From NCBI GenBank assembly GCA_963822945.1, contig CAWGJO010000022.1:27891-91890 (forward strand): a stretch of DNA of 64,000 nucleotides. The letters run 5' to 3'. Positions 10,190 through 22,107 of the stretch are shown here, piece by piece. Below the pieces are notes generated by a model. It searched no databases. It worked only from the letters and a program-made list of their open reading frames with translations, and was not told the origin of the DNA. The translations under genes and the position numbers were made by a program. Origin of the DNA: an uncultured Gemmatimonadaceae bacterium. GTDB taxonomy: Bacteria; Gemmatimonadota; Gemmatimonadetes; Gemmatimonadales; Gemmatimonadaceae. Every line of letters starts with the position of its first letter. The first letter of the stretch is position 1.

Positions 10190-10940
10190 TCGCGCGCGTC
10201 CCCGACCCAATATCCCGGCCGGCCGTAGTGGCGATGCAGCCGTGCTTCGTATTCGCGTGTTACGAGAAGGTGCTCCGTGTACCTGGGTGACTGGCGGATG
10301 GTCTCCCCGGTCAGCGCGACGAAGAGTTCCCGGCGGTCCACCATCCAGGCGCACCCATTGCGGGGATAGCAGCACCTGCTCCCCCGGCCACCAGTTCTGG
10401 GCCTTGACGATCAGATACCGGATGACCCACGCGTCGTAATCGATGATGACATCGTCGACATGACCCATCTCGCCGTCGGGGGTCTGGATGTACCAGCCGC
10501 GCACGTCGCTGGTGCTGTGCACCGGCCACCCGCGCTCGGTGCGATCCGTCGCGTCGTCCGTCCAGTGCCGAGGTTCACGGATCGAGGTCCGGAGAATGCC
10601 CCCAGGTGTAGGGGCCGATCCAGTACCGTGGCCACCCGTGAAAGCGATAATACGCGTCCTCGAATGTGCGAGAACACGGACTGGTCAGCGAGCCAAGGCC
10701 GGCTCATCCTCGATCTGGCGCCTGGTCAACCCGAGGACGATGCGGTGGCGCTCCCGGGCCACCGCATCCGGCGCCGTAGGGGGAGATCAGCACCTGGCGG
10801 CCAGCGAGCCAACTGCGGTGTCGGCGCCGGTCGCGGATCGCCGAATGGCGGTAGTCGAAGTAGAACTCCTTGAGCTTGCCGATGTCCCCTTCGCCGGTAC
10901 ACAGCTTGTATCCGAAGAGCGTCTTGGCTTTGTCGAGCAT
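10190..10940 (-). pseudogene. Tandem PRC-barrel domain protein, multiply frameshifted
   Basis: Fragments KTLFGYKLCTGEGDIGKLKEFYFD, GWYIQTPDGEMGHVDDVIIDYDAWVIRYLIV..NWWPGEQVLLSPQW and REYEARLHRHYGRPGYW lie in different frames; 3' end approximate. Confidence 0.75.
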
Positions 10941-11573
10941 GTGGCGTTCCTCGGCGTTTCTCGGGGGGGGACGGATTCAGCGAGGCCGGCGGATGGATAG
11001 CTGATGTTACGGCCATCGGGCCCCCGTTCGCATCGCTCGAAAGAATGAGCTTTTGGGGTAGCCCGTATGGGGGACGCCGGGGTTCCTTCGGTGTTCGTCT
11101 GCCGGGCCAACGGGCACTGGGCGCGCCGACGCGGCGCGCTCGTCCAAAAGAACTACACCCAGATTCATTCGATCAGGCGATACCAGTGGCTTCCCGTCGC
11201 GCCCTATCCTCACAACGTCACGTCAAACTGCTGCGGATCTGCGGCAGGGCGGACGAGCCGAGCGCGTATCTCGCTGAGTCTGTGGTGCGCGAACGTCGCG
11301 AGATGGCCGCATGTGGCATGCATGACACGACGAGCGGAGCCGGTATCATGAAAGCACCATACCAGATCAGCGACCCGTGCGGTGCTTCGCCGAGGTCGCC
11401 GGTAGCGTCGAATCTGCCCCCCGCGGGGGTGCCGTGGCGCTTCACCCCGCCGCAGGCGACGTCCGCCAGCGCGTCATGCGGGGGGAGCGTGCCGTGGCTG
11501 CGGCTCCGCTTTCGCTCCGAATCCTCGCTATCGCAACGGAGAGCGAGCCCGACGCATTCCGATCGCTCAAGCG

Positions 11574-12870
11574 ATGGACGCATCCCGCCGGGCATGCGGT
11601 GGAAGTCGTGGCCGACTTCGGCAGCGCCGTGCGCCGTGTGGCATCGGCCCGGTGGGACGTCGTTGCCCCGGTCCTGGATGGCGACCATCTCTTGGAGGAT
11701 CTGGACTGGTGGGCCAGAGACGGTCCGCCAGCTGGAGGGGGTCGCGGCTGCTCCCATTCGCGCGAAACCTGTCGTTGCCGCTGCTCCTTCGCGCCGAGCA
11801 ACTGTCGGTGCTCGAACTGCTACCGCTCCCCGTGCGGTTCGACGACGTGACTCGTCTGCTGCAGCGGCTTCACCATTCGGCCGAGGATGTTCGCGTCCCG
11901 CTCCTCGCCGTCGAGACGCACACGGCGGGGCGCGCCACGATGGTGGGGCGGAGCCGAGCCATCGTTGACGTGTACAAGATGATTGCCCGTGTGGCCCCAA
12001 GCCCCGCCACCGTACTCCTGGTGGGAGAGTCCCGGCACCGGGAAGGAAGTGGTGGCGCGTGCCATCCATGCCGCCAGCCCACGCGCCGCAGGGCCTTTCA
12101 TCTCCGTCAACTGTGCCGCGATTCCCGATCACCTGCTGGAGAGCGAGCTGTTCGGACATGAGAAGGGCGCGTTCACGGGCGCGATGCGCGGCGTACCGGG
12201 CGGTTGCGAGATGGCCGTGGGCGGCCACTGTTCCTGGATGAGATCGCCGACATGAGCGTGGCGTTGCAGGCGAAGATCCTGCGCGGCATTCAGGAACGCG
12301 CGATCGAACGCCTCGGCGGAGGGGTCGCCATCCCGGTGGACATCCGGTTCATCGCCGCCACGAATTGCGACCTGCAGGAAGCCATCGCCGAGAACAAGTT
12401 CCGCGAGGACCTGTATTTCCGACTGTCGGTGTTCACGATCCGCCTTCCGCCACTCGCCGAGCGCGCCGACGACCTGCTGCTGCTGACGTCGTACTTCATC
12501 AACGACTTTTCCCGGCAGTACCGCAAGCACGTCGAAACGATCTCCGAGGATGCGCTGGAACTGCTCCGGGCCCATGACTGGGTCGGCAACGTGCGTGAGC
12601 TGCGGAACGTGCTGAAGCCGCGGTCGTCTTTGCGGCCGACGGTGGTGCGCGCCGAACACCTCCCTCGGGAATTCCGTCTCCACGCCGCGAGCCCCGATCC
12701 CGGACCGCGCCCGCCCCGGACACGCTGGCGTCCGTGAGGGCCGAGCACATCGCCGGGGTACTCGCACAGACGGGGAGGCGTGATGTGGAGCGCGGCGGGC
12801 ATCCTCGGCATTCACCGCAACACGCTCGCACGGCAGATGCGGGAGGCGGCATCTGAACGGCGGCCAGGCG
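11574..12870 (+). pseudogene. Sigma54-dependent (NtrC-like) activator with degenerate receiver domain, multiply frameshifted
   Basis: Fragments [89 protein letters not shown] and Fis HTH AAGILGIHRNTL; boundaries approximate. Confidence 0.85.
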
Positions 12871-13006
12871 CGACGATTCCGGCCGTCAGCCGGTCGACTG
12901 GCCCGCCCATCGCAGTCGGGGCCAGCCCGGGTTCCGGTGACGACGGATCTCGGCCGCGCCATTCCTTGTTCGTGGCCCGCTCGACGCCGGGCAGGGGGAG
13001 ATTCTC

Positions 13007-13327
13007 GTGGAGATTCAGGTGAATACCGGTAGCGATCTTGGGGGAACGGCGGCGTTCATCGAGGGGGTCGTGACGGTCGTGCGGGCGGCGCTGGGCCGGT
13101 TCGAACACCGCGTGACGGCACGTCGAAGTCCACCTGACCGATGAAAACGGCAGCGTGAAGAGTGGCACTCGCGACAAGCGTTGCATGATGGAGGCGCGCC
13201 CGGCCGGTCTCGCCCCGATCGCCGTGATCCATTGTGCAGATTCCCGGAGAAGGCGCTGGCCGGCGCGGCTGCGAAGATGGAACGAACGCTACGGCGCACG
13301 CTGGGTAAACGCGAAGATCGCCGCTGA
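13007..13327 (+). pseudogene. HPF/RaiA-family ribosome-associated protein, frameshifted
   Basis: GTG start after GGGGAG; EIQVNT...ALGRFEHRVT/HVEVHLTDENGSVKSGTRDKRCMMEARPAGLAPIAV. Confidence 0.7.
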
Positions 13328-13766
13328 CGAGCTGCCGAACGAGCTGCTACGGGCACGCAAGGCCAGCACGCCGACGTCCGTCGCCATAGACCCGCGGCGG
13401 ACGTGGTGGACGCTGATGGACCAGTCGGCGTGCCGGATTACCCTGGCCCTTCCGGTTTCGCTTCGCTCGCCATCCGGACAACGATCGTGGTCGAGAACGG
13501 GCGCTGCCCGGTACCGCGTCGTCGCCGGGTCATCGTCATGGCACCCTGCTCAGCATAGGCGCGGCGGCGCGCGGTCCATCGCACGAAGGGATGAACGTGG
13601 ACTCGTGCCCCGCGCCCGCCGTCCGGCTCCACGAACGCGCCCCCAATCGAGCTAGGCCGATGTAGCCCATTCGGCCGATGGGCGCGTCTCGAGACGCCGC
13701 TACCCTCGGACGGGCCCCGGGAGCGGGGCGAAGCACGATTCCCATGACGCGAGTACGGGGTGTCTG

Positions 13767-14240
13767 ATGTCGAACACCGGCGAGGAACGCCGCTCCAACG
13801 TTCGATGGAGCAATGGAGACAACGGGAGTGTTGCGCCGTCCGCCTTCGACCGGGCCGGCTGGATACTGCGGTATCTCGCCACGAGCGCCCGGAACCGCTG
13901 GCCGGGCAATCCAGCATGGATGCGCCCGATGCGGAGCCGCGGCCGCGAGGAACGCCGCGATGCCGGACGACGTGAAGGGGTGCATCGGTTCCACGCCACT
14001 CTGGCTCGGCGGGACGTCTGGACGATTCACGGATTGCTCCTCATCGGCCGGGCGAGATCGGCGGGGACGAAGGGCCTGGCTCGTGTGATCATTCGCGCTA
14101 TGCACCTGACGGTCAGCAGCAATGCGTGGTCCCAACTGCGCGGGCGCCAGGCCCGGGTTTTCACCGCACCGATTCCCGGGATCTCCCGACTTACTCCGCG
14201 GGAATTGCGGGCGATTCTGAAAGCAGGGGGCGAACAGTAG
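13767..14240 (+). CDS. Hypothetical protein (may be degraded or spurious)
   Basis: 157-aa ORF within the decayed region; no recognisable motif. Confidence 0.25.
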   Translation: MSNTGEERRSNVRWSNGDNGSVAPSAFDRAGWILRYLATSARNRWPGNPAWMRPMRSRGREERRDAGRREGVHRFHATLARRDVWTIHGLLLIGRARSAGTKGLARVIIRAMHLTVSSNAWSQLRGRQARVFTAPIPGISRLTPRELRAILKAGGEQ

Positions 14241-14393
14241 CGGGCGAGGCGCGCCGGCTCCGCGTGCCCGTCGTGCACCGGTCCGGATCGACAGGGAGCC
14301 GTGGATGGCCCATAATGCGAATTACTCCTCGCCCGCCGGCTGGAACCGCCGCCGGTCCTCGGTCAGCCACGGGACACCAGCAGCGAGGATGCG

Positions 14394-15079
14394 ATGATGA
14401 ACGTCGCACTCATCGAGGACAATCGCCTCGTCCGTGAGGGCATGGCGAGCGGTGGCCGGCGACCCGACGTCAGGTCGTGCTGGCCGCGCCCGACGTCGAT
14501 CCGCCGGAACTGCGGGAGAAGCAGCCCCGCGTGGTGCTCATCGACGCCGGGCTGGAGGAGCGGAACAGCCTGCACCTCGCCAGAGTCATCAAGCGGGAGA
14601 TGACGGACGCGGAAGTCATCGTCATGGACCTGCTGCCGACCCATGAGGAGATCGCGCAGTTCGTGAAGGCAGGCGTGGCGGGATTCATCCTCAAGGACGC
14701 GACATGGGACGACATGGTGAAGACCATTCGTTCCGTCGCCGCCGGGGCGCGCGTGCTGCCACCGCGCCTGACCGGCACGTTGTTCTCGCAGATTGCGGAG
14801 GCCGCCGTGCTGCGGGGGCGGGAGGAGGCGCTCTCCTCGGCGCACCTCACGGAGCGGGAGCGGGAGGTGATGGCGTTGATCGCCGCCGGCCTGAGTAACA
14901 AGGAGATCGCCGCCAGGCTCGACATCGCGCTGTACACGGTCAAAAGCCACGTGCACAACATCATGGACAAACTGGCCCTGCATACGCGCCTGCAGATCGC
15001 CGCCTACTCGCGAGGGGCGCCGGAGGCCGTTGTGACGCTCGAGTTCCCCCGCGGGGGCAGGCGAAGCGTCCCCGACTGA
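14394..15079 (+). CDS. NarL/LuxR-family response regulator, frameshifted near 14450-14480
   Basis: MNVALIEDNRLVREG receiver start, VVLID, GFILKD and LTEREREVMALIAAGLSNKEIAARLDIALYTVKSHVHNI. Confidence 0.85.
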
Positions 15080-15248
15080 CTCGAACGGGCTACTCCACGG
15101 CTCATCCGTTTGGGCGATGGGCCCTCCTCGACATGCAGCGTATTCTCATGACAATACGGGCGACTGGCCGAAGTCCCTCCGTGCGTCAGCGGGCGGGGAG
15201 GCCGGCGCGATCATTCCCGGATTGCCTACCGGGATGGAGGTTCGACGA

Positions 15249-15514
15249 GTGCGACCAAGCGTGTTCACGGACGAGGAAATCGCGCAGGCGATTCGTCAGG
15301 TTGGGCGGGAACTCCCGCCGCGCAGATGTGCCGGACGATGAACGTCACGCAGAGCACGTTCTATCGCTGGCGCAGAAAGTACGAACGCACGGTGGAAAAC
15401 GAACCGCGAACCATCGGCGACGTTCGTATGGAGAATCGGCAACTCAAGCGAATCATGGCGGAACTGCTGGTCGGGCGGCACGGATCGACCGGGCGCCGCG
15501 GGGAGTTGTCCTAA
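15249..15514 (+). mobile_element. IS3-family orfA-like transposase remnant (no orfB), frameshift near 15315
   Basis: SVFTDEEIAQAIRQ + MCRTMNVTQSTFYRWRRKY...ENRQLKRIMAEL (HTH_Tnp_1-like); no DDE ORF follows. Confidence 0.7.
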
Positions 15515-15578
15515 CCGGTCGGCGCGATACGGTCACGCCGGCGCATCCGCCACCGCTTCGGGGAGTGAGGAACGGGAT

Positions 15579-15728
15579 ATGTTGATGACACTTGCGGTCA
15601 TACTGATCGTGCTGTGGTTGCTCGGGCTCGTCACATCGTACACCATGGGCGGCCTGATTCATATCCTGCTCGTGCTCGCGATCATCGTGATCGTGGTGCA
15701 CGTGATTCAGGGCCGGAAGGTCGCGTAA
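15579..15728 (+). CDS. lmo0937-family small membrane protein (49 aa; absent from ORF track)
   Basis: MLMTLAVILIVLWLLGLVTSYTMGGLIHILLVLAIIVIVVHVIQGRKVA*; GAGGA RBS. Confidence 0.88.
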   Translation: MLMTLAVILIVLWLLGLVTSYTMGGLIHILLVLAIIVIVVHVIQGRKVA

Positions 15729-15850
15729 TTGTGCCGACACCGACGCGGTCGTGAACCCGATCATGCGGGCGGGAGCGGCGACCGAAATACCGAGCTCGTT
15801 CACGGAGCAGCAGGCCGCGCGGCGGCGCGGCCTGCCACGTCCACCTACGT

Positions 15851-18800
15851 CTACGGCCGGTCCGGCCCCGGATTCGCCAATTCGTCCTTCTTGAGGAAGG
15901 GCACCCCGTCGGTCATCCACTTGGGCGCAGGCGCGTCCATGAGATAGTGATCGAAGAACTGGAAGAACCTCGTGGTGAGGTCCTTGCGGTTTCCGAGTTT
16001 GCTCAGGTGGTGTCCCTCGCCCGGGTAGGCCAGCAGCACGGCGTTCTTGCCGTTGTATCGAAGCGCATTGTAGAAGTTGAGGCTCTCGATGAACGACACC
16101 GTCGGGTCGGCGGTGCCGTGCATGATGAGGATCGGTTCGGTCACCTCGCGCACGTGGGTCAACGCGGATTCGTCGTGGTAGACGTCGGGCCGGTCCCAGG
16201 GCGCGAAGCCCCACCGGCCCTGGCCGTAGATGTAGTACTGGTTGCCGTTCTCACCGGAACCGCCGCTGTTCTGGTACGACCAGCCCCATTCCTGGTTGAA
16301 GTCGGTGTACAGGTCGGTGACACCGGCGCCCTCCCCGACCGCCGCGAAGAGCCGCGAACGCGTCGCGATATACGCCGCCCCCTCGCCCGCATAGCTGTGC
16401 CCGTGCAGCCCGATGTGCTTCGGGTCGGCGTACCCCATGGCGATCACTCGGCGCGTGGCCGCTTCCACACAGTCCAACTGGTCGTCGTGCGACGTACCCG
16501 TGTTGTAATGGATGTCCGGAATCATCACGATGTACCCGCGGCTCACGGCTTCGATGGCCGGCCGGCCCATGCTCACCAGTAGCTCCGGCATCGGGTACCG
16601 GTTCAGGAGCTGCGAGTTCTTCTCGTAGAACGTCACGAGCATCGGCCGCTTCTCGCCCGGCTTGTAGTCATCGGGGAACCAGAGCAGGCCCTGCAGCTTG
16701 TGCCCGTACCGGTCCTTGAAGTCGAAGAGGCTGTCGTGTCCCCACCGGAACTCCGCCTGCTGCGGGTTGGAGTTGGTGATCTGCGTGGCGCCCTTGAAGT
16801 CGGCGTCCGACACGCGCAGGTCGGGCGATGCGGTGAAGGTTTCCCGGGTGAACAGATACCGGTCGGCGTGCGCTGCCTTGTGTGCCGAGCTGTACGAGGC
16901 GGCGTCGTACACCATCTCGGTCAGCTTGCCGCCGTCGAGCGTGTAGAACCCGGCATCCTTCGACAGATCGCCGAACGCTGACAGGGTGACCGGCTTCGAC
17001 AGGTCGATAGACGTCGCCGGTGCGTTCCTCGCGGCTGGCCATCGAGTCGATCGGTTGCAGCCGCGCCAGGCGCAGGATGGTCTTGTGCCGGGCGCCGAAT
17101 CCGCTGGTGATGTTGGCCGCGGCGCCCTTGCCGTCCAGTGGCAGCGTCCAGAGGTCGTACTTGTCCTGGACGATGACGCGTGTGCCGTCGCTCGTGTACC
17201 CCGCCACGCCCCATGACGGTTTGGGGCCTGGATGATCGTATTCGGAATTCACGAAACTCGGCGCGCCGGCGCCGAGCGTGGTCGCGGTACCGGCCGCGAG
17301 GTCGTAGGCCTGGAACTTCCCGTCCTTCCAGTAGAGGAACGTGCGGCTGTCGGGCGAGATGCCGAATGCCGCGCCCTGCGTGAGCTGGTCTTTGAACATC
17401 AGCGTGCGCGCGCCGGTGGCCGTGTTGACGCGGTAGAAGTCGGCGGCGGCCGGCTTGTAGTCGGAGAGGTACGGCCGTGCATCGCGCCCCACGGCCCAGC
17501 GGCCGTCCACCGAGATTTCGATGTCGCGCATCGTCGAGTCGCTGAGCGCCACGTACCGCGCGCCGGCGACGTCGAAGGCCTCGCGGTAGGTGAAGTTGCG
17601 ATCGCGCTGGGCGCGGATCATCTGTGCCGATTGGATGTAGCGGTCGGCCGTCCGCCAGACATCCACGTTGGCCGTCGAGTCGCTGCTCTTCCGGCTGACC
17701 GTGTCGGCAGCCGGCGTCTGCGGCATCGCGCCGAAGAAGACGCGGGCGCCGTCCTCGCTCCAGGTGAGCGGCGCGCGGTCGCTGATCACCCAGCCGCGGG
17801 CGAACCCGGCGGCCGACGAATCGAGTGCAACCGGCGCCAGCGCCGGGTCGTCGAGCGCCCGGCGCACGTCCGGCACGACGAGCAGCATGTTCTCGCGCTC
17901 GCGCATCTTCGGCACCGGGGTCCCCTTGAGCACGGCCACGCCGGTGCCGGCGTCGTTCCAGGCCAGCCGGCTGTAGACGCGCGCATCGTTGTCGAGTGCC
18001 CGCGTACTGCCGCTGGCGAGGTCGGTGACGAACAGGCCGTTGCCGTCGCGCACCGCGGCATCGATGGTGTAGGCCAGCAGATCACCGGGGCGGTTGAAGG
18101 CCGCATCGGCGACGCTCCCGATGAACTGGCCCCGTCCGGTGGTCAGATCGTACACGATCGCGTCGGAGCCATGGCTGGGCGGTTCTGCCCCACCGCCCCG
18201 GCCGCCCGGGAACCCGCCGCGTCCTCCCCGGCCACCGCCAGCCGCCGGACGGTCGCGCACGAGCACGAACCGCGAGTTCTGGGAGAACGTCGCCGACTGC
18301 ATGTCGTGCCACACCGTGGTCTTGCCCGTGGCAAGTTCCCGGAGTTCGATCCGGTGCCGGGTGGAGTCACGGCTGCCGGCGCGCCCGATGCCCCCGGTTC
18401 CACCGGGCGTCCCCGGTGCGGGGGAGCGGCAGTGCCCGCACCCCGGCCGCCACGTCCGCCTCGCGGCGGCTGCGAATCCACCTCGTACGCGAGCCAGCGC
18501 CCGTCGGGGGAGAAGACTCCGTTGGAGGCGTTTGGAATCGCGATGTCCTGCCGCGTTTCGAGATTCCGTACATGCAGTTCGGGTTTCGCGTCGCGGGCCG
18601 CGACGTTGGTGAACCGATAGACGTAGATCACCCACCGGCCGTCGCTCGAGATGGCGTCGTTCTCGATCGTCCGCCAGCGCGAATAGTCGTCGACGGTCAG
18701 GACCCTCTTGCCCGTGGAATCGGGGTGAAGCCCGGCGGATCGCGCCGGAACGCGCGCCGACTGCGACAACGCGGGGGCCGGCAAGGACGCGGCCGCGAGC

Positions 18801-18886
18801 AGGGCTGCACATCCGAGGAGGACGCGGCGCGCGGCACGGAAGCCGGCACGGGGCGGGTGGGAACGACGGGAGGCGATTCTCGACAC
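15851..18886 (-). CDS. Secreted S9 (prolyl oligopeptidase-family) peptidase, frameshifts near 17010 and 18370-18430
   Basis: Signal peptide, beta-propeller repeats (SSDGRW, FSPDGRW) and catalytic GHSYAG / HGTADPTV / YPGEGH. Confidence 0.88.
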
Positions 18887-18959
18887 GGGCTGCTCTCGAG
18901 GCGGGGTGAATCGCCAAGTTACGTCGCGGTACAGCAGGGGGCGATAGGGTGCGGTGCCG

Positions 18960-20555
18960 CTAGTTGTGCCCTGCGCTCAGCGCCCGTGCCTGGGGCATGT
19001 CGGCCACCGCCGCCTTTACCGCCCCATCCGTGAGCGCCACCATGCGATAGTAGCCGGCCATCCCGAACCGCACGAAGGCGACTTCCCCCACCAACGCGCG
19101 CTGCAACCACCGCTCGCTCGCGGAGTCGGTCGGCACGGTCACGCCGGCGTGCACGGCGTACGCGCGAAACTGCGCCAGCGCCGAATCCGGGAGCCGGCCG
19201 GCCGCGGCCAGCGAATCGACGCTGGTGAGCGCGGCCGAGTTGGCGCTCACGTAGCCGTTGGCCCAGGTGAGCACCGTACCCGCCTCGTTGAGCCTCGCCA
19301 GCCACTCGGGGGGCGTGGCCGGCGGCGGCAGCATGACGTCGGGTACGATTCCGCCACCGCCGTACACCACGCGCCCGCCGTCGGTGTGACAGCTCGGCCG
19401 GCCGGCGGTGTCGGACGCCGCGCCCGCCATCTCGAAGTACTCGTGGCGCGACGTACCGCGGTAGCGGCGCTGAATCACACGGCCGCATGGCGTCTTGAGC
19501 CATCCCACGACGAGCACCATCGCCGAGCCGTCGGTGAGGGGAAAGTCGCGCATGATGAGCGACTTGCCGAACGTCGTGCGTCCCACGATCAGGGCCCGAT
19601 CGTGGTCCTGCAGCGCGCCGGCCACGAGCTCCGAGGCGCTGGCCGTACCGCGATCGACGAGCAACACCACCGGGTACTTTCGTTCGCTGCGCCAGAACGA
19701 GCGCCCCACGCGCACGGTGTCGGTAACGGACTCCTTGCGTCCGACCGAGGTGTACACGATCTGGCCGCGCGGCAGAAATTCGCCGGCGATGCGCGCGGCC
19801 TGATCCACGCGCCCGCCGCCGTTGCCGCGCAGGTCGAGCACGAGCGCGTGCATCCCCCGGTCCTCCAGCTTCCCGAGCGCCGAGTGCAGGTCGTCGGCAA
19901 CCTTGTCGCCCTCGAATGTGGTGACGCGGACGTATCCGGTTGCCGAGTCGAGCATGATCGCCACCGGGACGGCCGATTCCTCATCGACGCGTTCCCGGCG
20001 CACCGTGCGCTGGAGTCGCACGAGGGATCCGTCCAGCCGGCGCCGCAGGAATTCGAGCTGCACGGAACTCTTCGGCGCGCCGGCCAGCGCCAACGCGAGC
20101 TCGTCGGGCGATTCGGCGGCGATCGGGTGGCCGTCGGCCGCCACGAGTTCATCGCCGGGCAGGATGTCGAGCGAGACGGCGCGCGATCCGGGTGAGACGG
20201 CGACCACCAGCGGCGCACCTTCGGTGTACGCGAACGATATCGGCACGGACACGAGTTTCCCGTCGTCCAGGGCCTTCTGCTTGGCGGGGTCGAGCCGCTC
20301 GGCCGGAATCACGAACGAGTGGGGGTCGGCTGCCTGCACCATGCCCTGGATGGCGGCCATCAGGAGCTGGTGGGAGTCGAGCGAATCGGGATGGTTCACG
20401 CGAATCTGATTGAGGACCTGGCTGAACATCACCAGGTCCTCGGCGATCGAGCGCTGGCGCACGGGGGCCCGGAGCGAATCCGACTGCTGTGCCTGCGCGC
20501 CGGCGGCGACCCCCAGGAGGACCGCCGCCAGCAGGGCCGGGGTTCGGGTACTCAC
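18960..20555 (-). CDS. S41 family C-terminal processing peptidase
   Basis: Signal peptide, PDZ domain, LDLRGNGGG, TASASELVAGALQD, TFGK and GGGIVPD. Confidence 0.92.
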   Translation of the reverse strand: MSTRTPALLAAVLLGVAAGAQAQQSDSLRAPVRQRSIAEDLVMFSQVLNQIRVNHPDSLDSHQLLMAAIQGMVQAADPHSFVIPAERLDPAKQKALDDGKLVSVPISFAYTEGAPLVVAVSPGSRAVSLDILPGDELVAADGHPIAAESPDELALALAGAPKSSVQLEFLRRRLDGSLVRLQRTVRRERVDEESAVPVAIMLDSATGYVRVTTFEGDKVADDLHSALGKLEDRGMHALVLDLRGNGGGRVDQAARIAGEFLPRGQIVYTSVGRKESVTDTVRVGRSFWRSERKYPVVLLVDRGTASASELVAGALQDHDRALIVGRTTFGKSLIMRDFPLTDGSAMVLVVGWLKTPCGRVIQRRYRGTSRHEYFEMAGAASDTAGRPSCHTDGGRVVYGGGGIVPDVMLPPPATPPEWLARLNEAGTVLTWANGYVSANSAALTSVDSLAAAGRLPDSALAQFRAYAVHAGVTVPTDSASERWLQRALVGEVAFVRFGMAGYYRMVALTDGAVKAAVADMPQARALSAGHN

Positions 20556-21775
20556 GGACGCTGGTCCGGCATCGGTCCGCCATTGGCGCGGAGGGCCTTC
20601 AGGCGTGCCTGCGCCTCGTCCCGCGCCGAGCCACTCCTCGGCGCACGGGTGAGGAAGGCCGAATATTCGCCGGCGGCATCGGCCGCGTGCCCGCGCTTGT
20701 CCAGGATCTGGGCAAGCGAGAAGTACGGGGCCGCGTACACGCTGTCGTGGGCGATGGCTGCACGGAAGTGCGGCTCGGCGTCGTCTAGCCGCCCAGCGTT
20801 CATGAGGACTACTCCGTCGGCGTACTGCATGGCCGGATCGTCGGGCCGGAGCTGCACGGCGAGGTCCATCTCGCTCAGCGTCGTCGCCGTGTCGTGCTGC
20901 GCCATGGCCAGATACGCCAGATAGACGTGCGCGGGCGAATACGAGAGATCCTCCTGCAGCGCCTGGCCCAGCGCCGCGCGGGCCGAATCCAATTTGCCGA
21001 GCCGCAAGTACGCGACGGCGATGCGTTCGTCGAGAAGCGCCTTGGAGTCGTAGACGTACACGAGATCCTTGTTGTCGCGCTTCTTCATCTCGGCGGCCGC
21101 CGTGGTGAGTTCGGTCAGCGCGCTGTCGATCTGCCCGGCTTCGTAGAAGACCGTGGCGCGTTCGACGCGCAGCGTCGCCTTGAAGTCCGCGGCGTCGATG
21201 GCCGAAGCGTACAGCTTGAGCGCGTCCGGCAGGCGCCCCTCGGCATGCGCCTGGTACGCCCGGAGTTCCGGGGGCGCGTCGAACATGTACTGCTGAAGCT
21301 CGAACCGGATCTGGCCCGGCGAGTCGCCCGTCTGCCGGCTGAGCTTATCGGAGAGCTGATCGAGGACCGCGTCGAAGATCACGTGCTCGAGGCGGTCGGA
21401 GACGAATGGATTGAGGGTCAGGGCGTGGTAATAGAGGGAGTCGATTTGCTGGACGTCCTTGGAGCGAATCGTTCCCTCGTCCCCCTGCCAGTACCGCAGC
21501 AGGCGCCGCCGGTCCTCGAGCAGCAGGGCCACCCGGCGGGCGTAGAAGGCGTCGGCCATGGCCGGGTTCAGCCGGGTGGCCCAGTAGAATGCGGCTGCGG
21601 CGGTCTCCGGTTGCTTCTCGACCTGCTGCAGACCCCAGAAGTAGTAGGAGTTGGCGTCGTTGGTATCGGCGGTTTCCGGCAGCCGGGGACGTTCGGGGGC
21701 CTTCTGCCCCTCGGCGGGGCGGAAGGCGAGGCCCAGGCACACGATTGCCACGGGCAGCATGAGGCGGGCTTTCAA
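20552..21775 (-). CDS. Secreted tetratricopeptide-repeat protein
   Basis: Signal peptide then repeated TPR-like helices (AVQLRPDDPAMQYADG, APYFSLAQIL); start TTG 21775 or ATG 21760. Confidence 0.75.
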   Translation of the reverse strand: MKARLMLPVAIVCLGLAFRPAEGQKAPERPRLPETADTNDANSYYFWGLQQVEKQPETAAAAFYWATRLNPAMADAFYARRVALLLEDRRRLLRYWQGDEGTIRSKDVQQIDSLYYHALTLNPFVSDRLEHVIFDAVLDQLSDKLSRQTGDSPGQIRFELQQYMFDAPPELRAYQAHAEGRLPDALKLYASAIDAADFKATLRVERATVFYEAGQIDSALTELTTAAAEMKKRDNKDLVYVYDSKALLDERIAVAYLRLGKLDSARAALGQALQEDLSYSPAHVYLAYLAMAQHDTATTLSEMDLAVQLRPDDPAMQYADGVVLMNAGRLDDAEPHFRAAIAHDSVYAAPYFSLAQILDKRGHAADAAGEYSAFLTRAPRSGSARDEAQARLKALRANGGPMPDQRP

Positions 21776-22107
21776 GACTCCTCCATGGCGGACGCGCCGG
21801 GAGAAGGGGAGGGAGGGGCGTCGCCGGCCGGCTCCGCGGGGATGACGGAACGCGAATGGGCGACGGGGCATGAGACGCCCTCGACGAACCTCGCCAACGT
21901 GCAGCTGGAACCGCCGCTCGGCAAGAGGGGATCCGGGCTCCAATTATGAGTAAACTCGCCGGAAATGGCGTCCGGTGCCGCTCGGGATGGACGGGGCGGT
22001 GCCGCCGGGCCGGAACCAATTGCCGGGGATGCCGTCCGCCCGGCTTCCGGCGCGCGTCCAGGCTGACCATAGTTGACGTTTCCTGCCTTCAAAGGAGTCT
22101 CGTCCCG

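Noticed and set aside
15240..15540. Complete, active IS3 element
   Set aside because: No orfB/DDE domain, terminal inverted repeats or target duplication found; remnant only.
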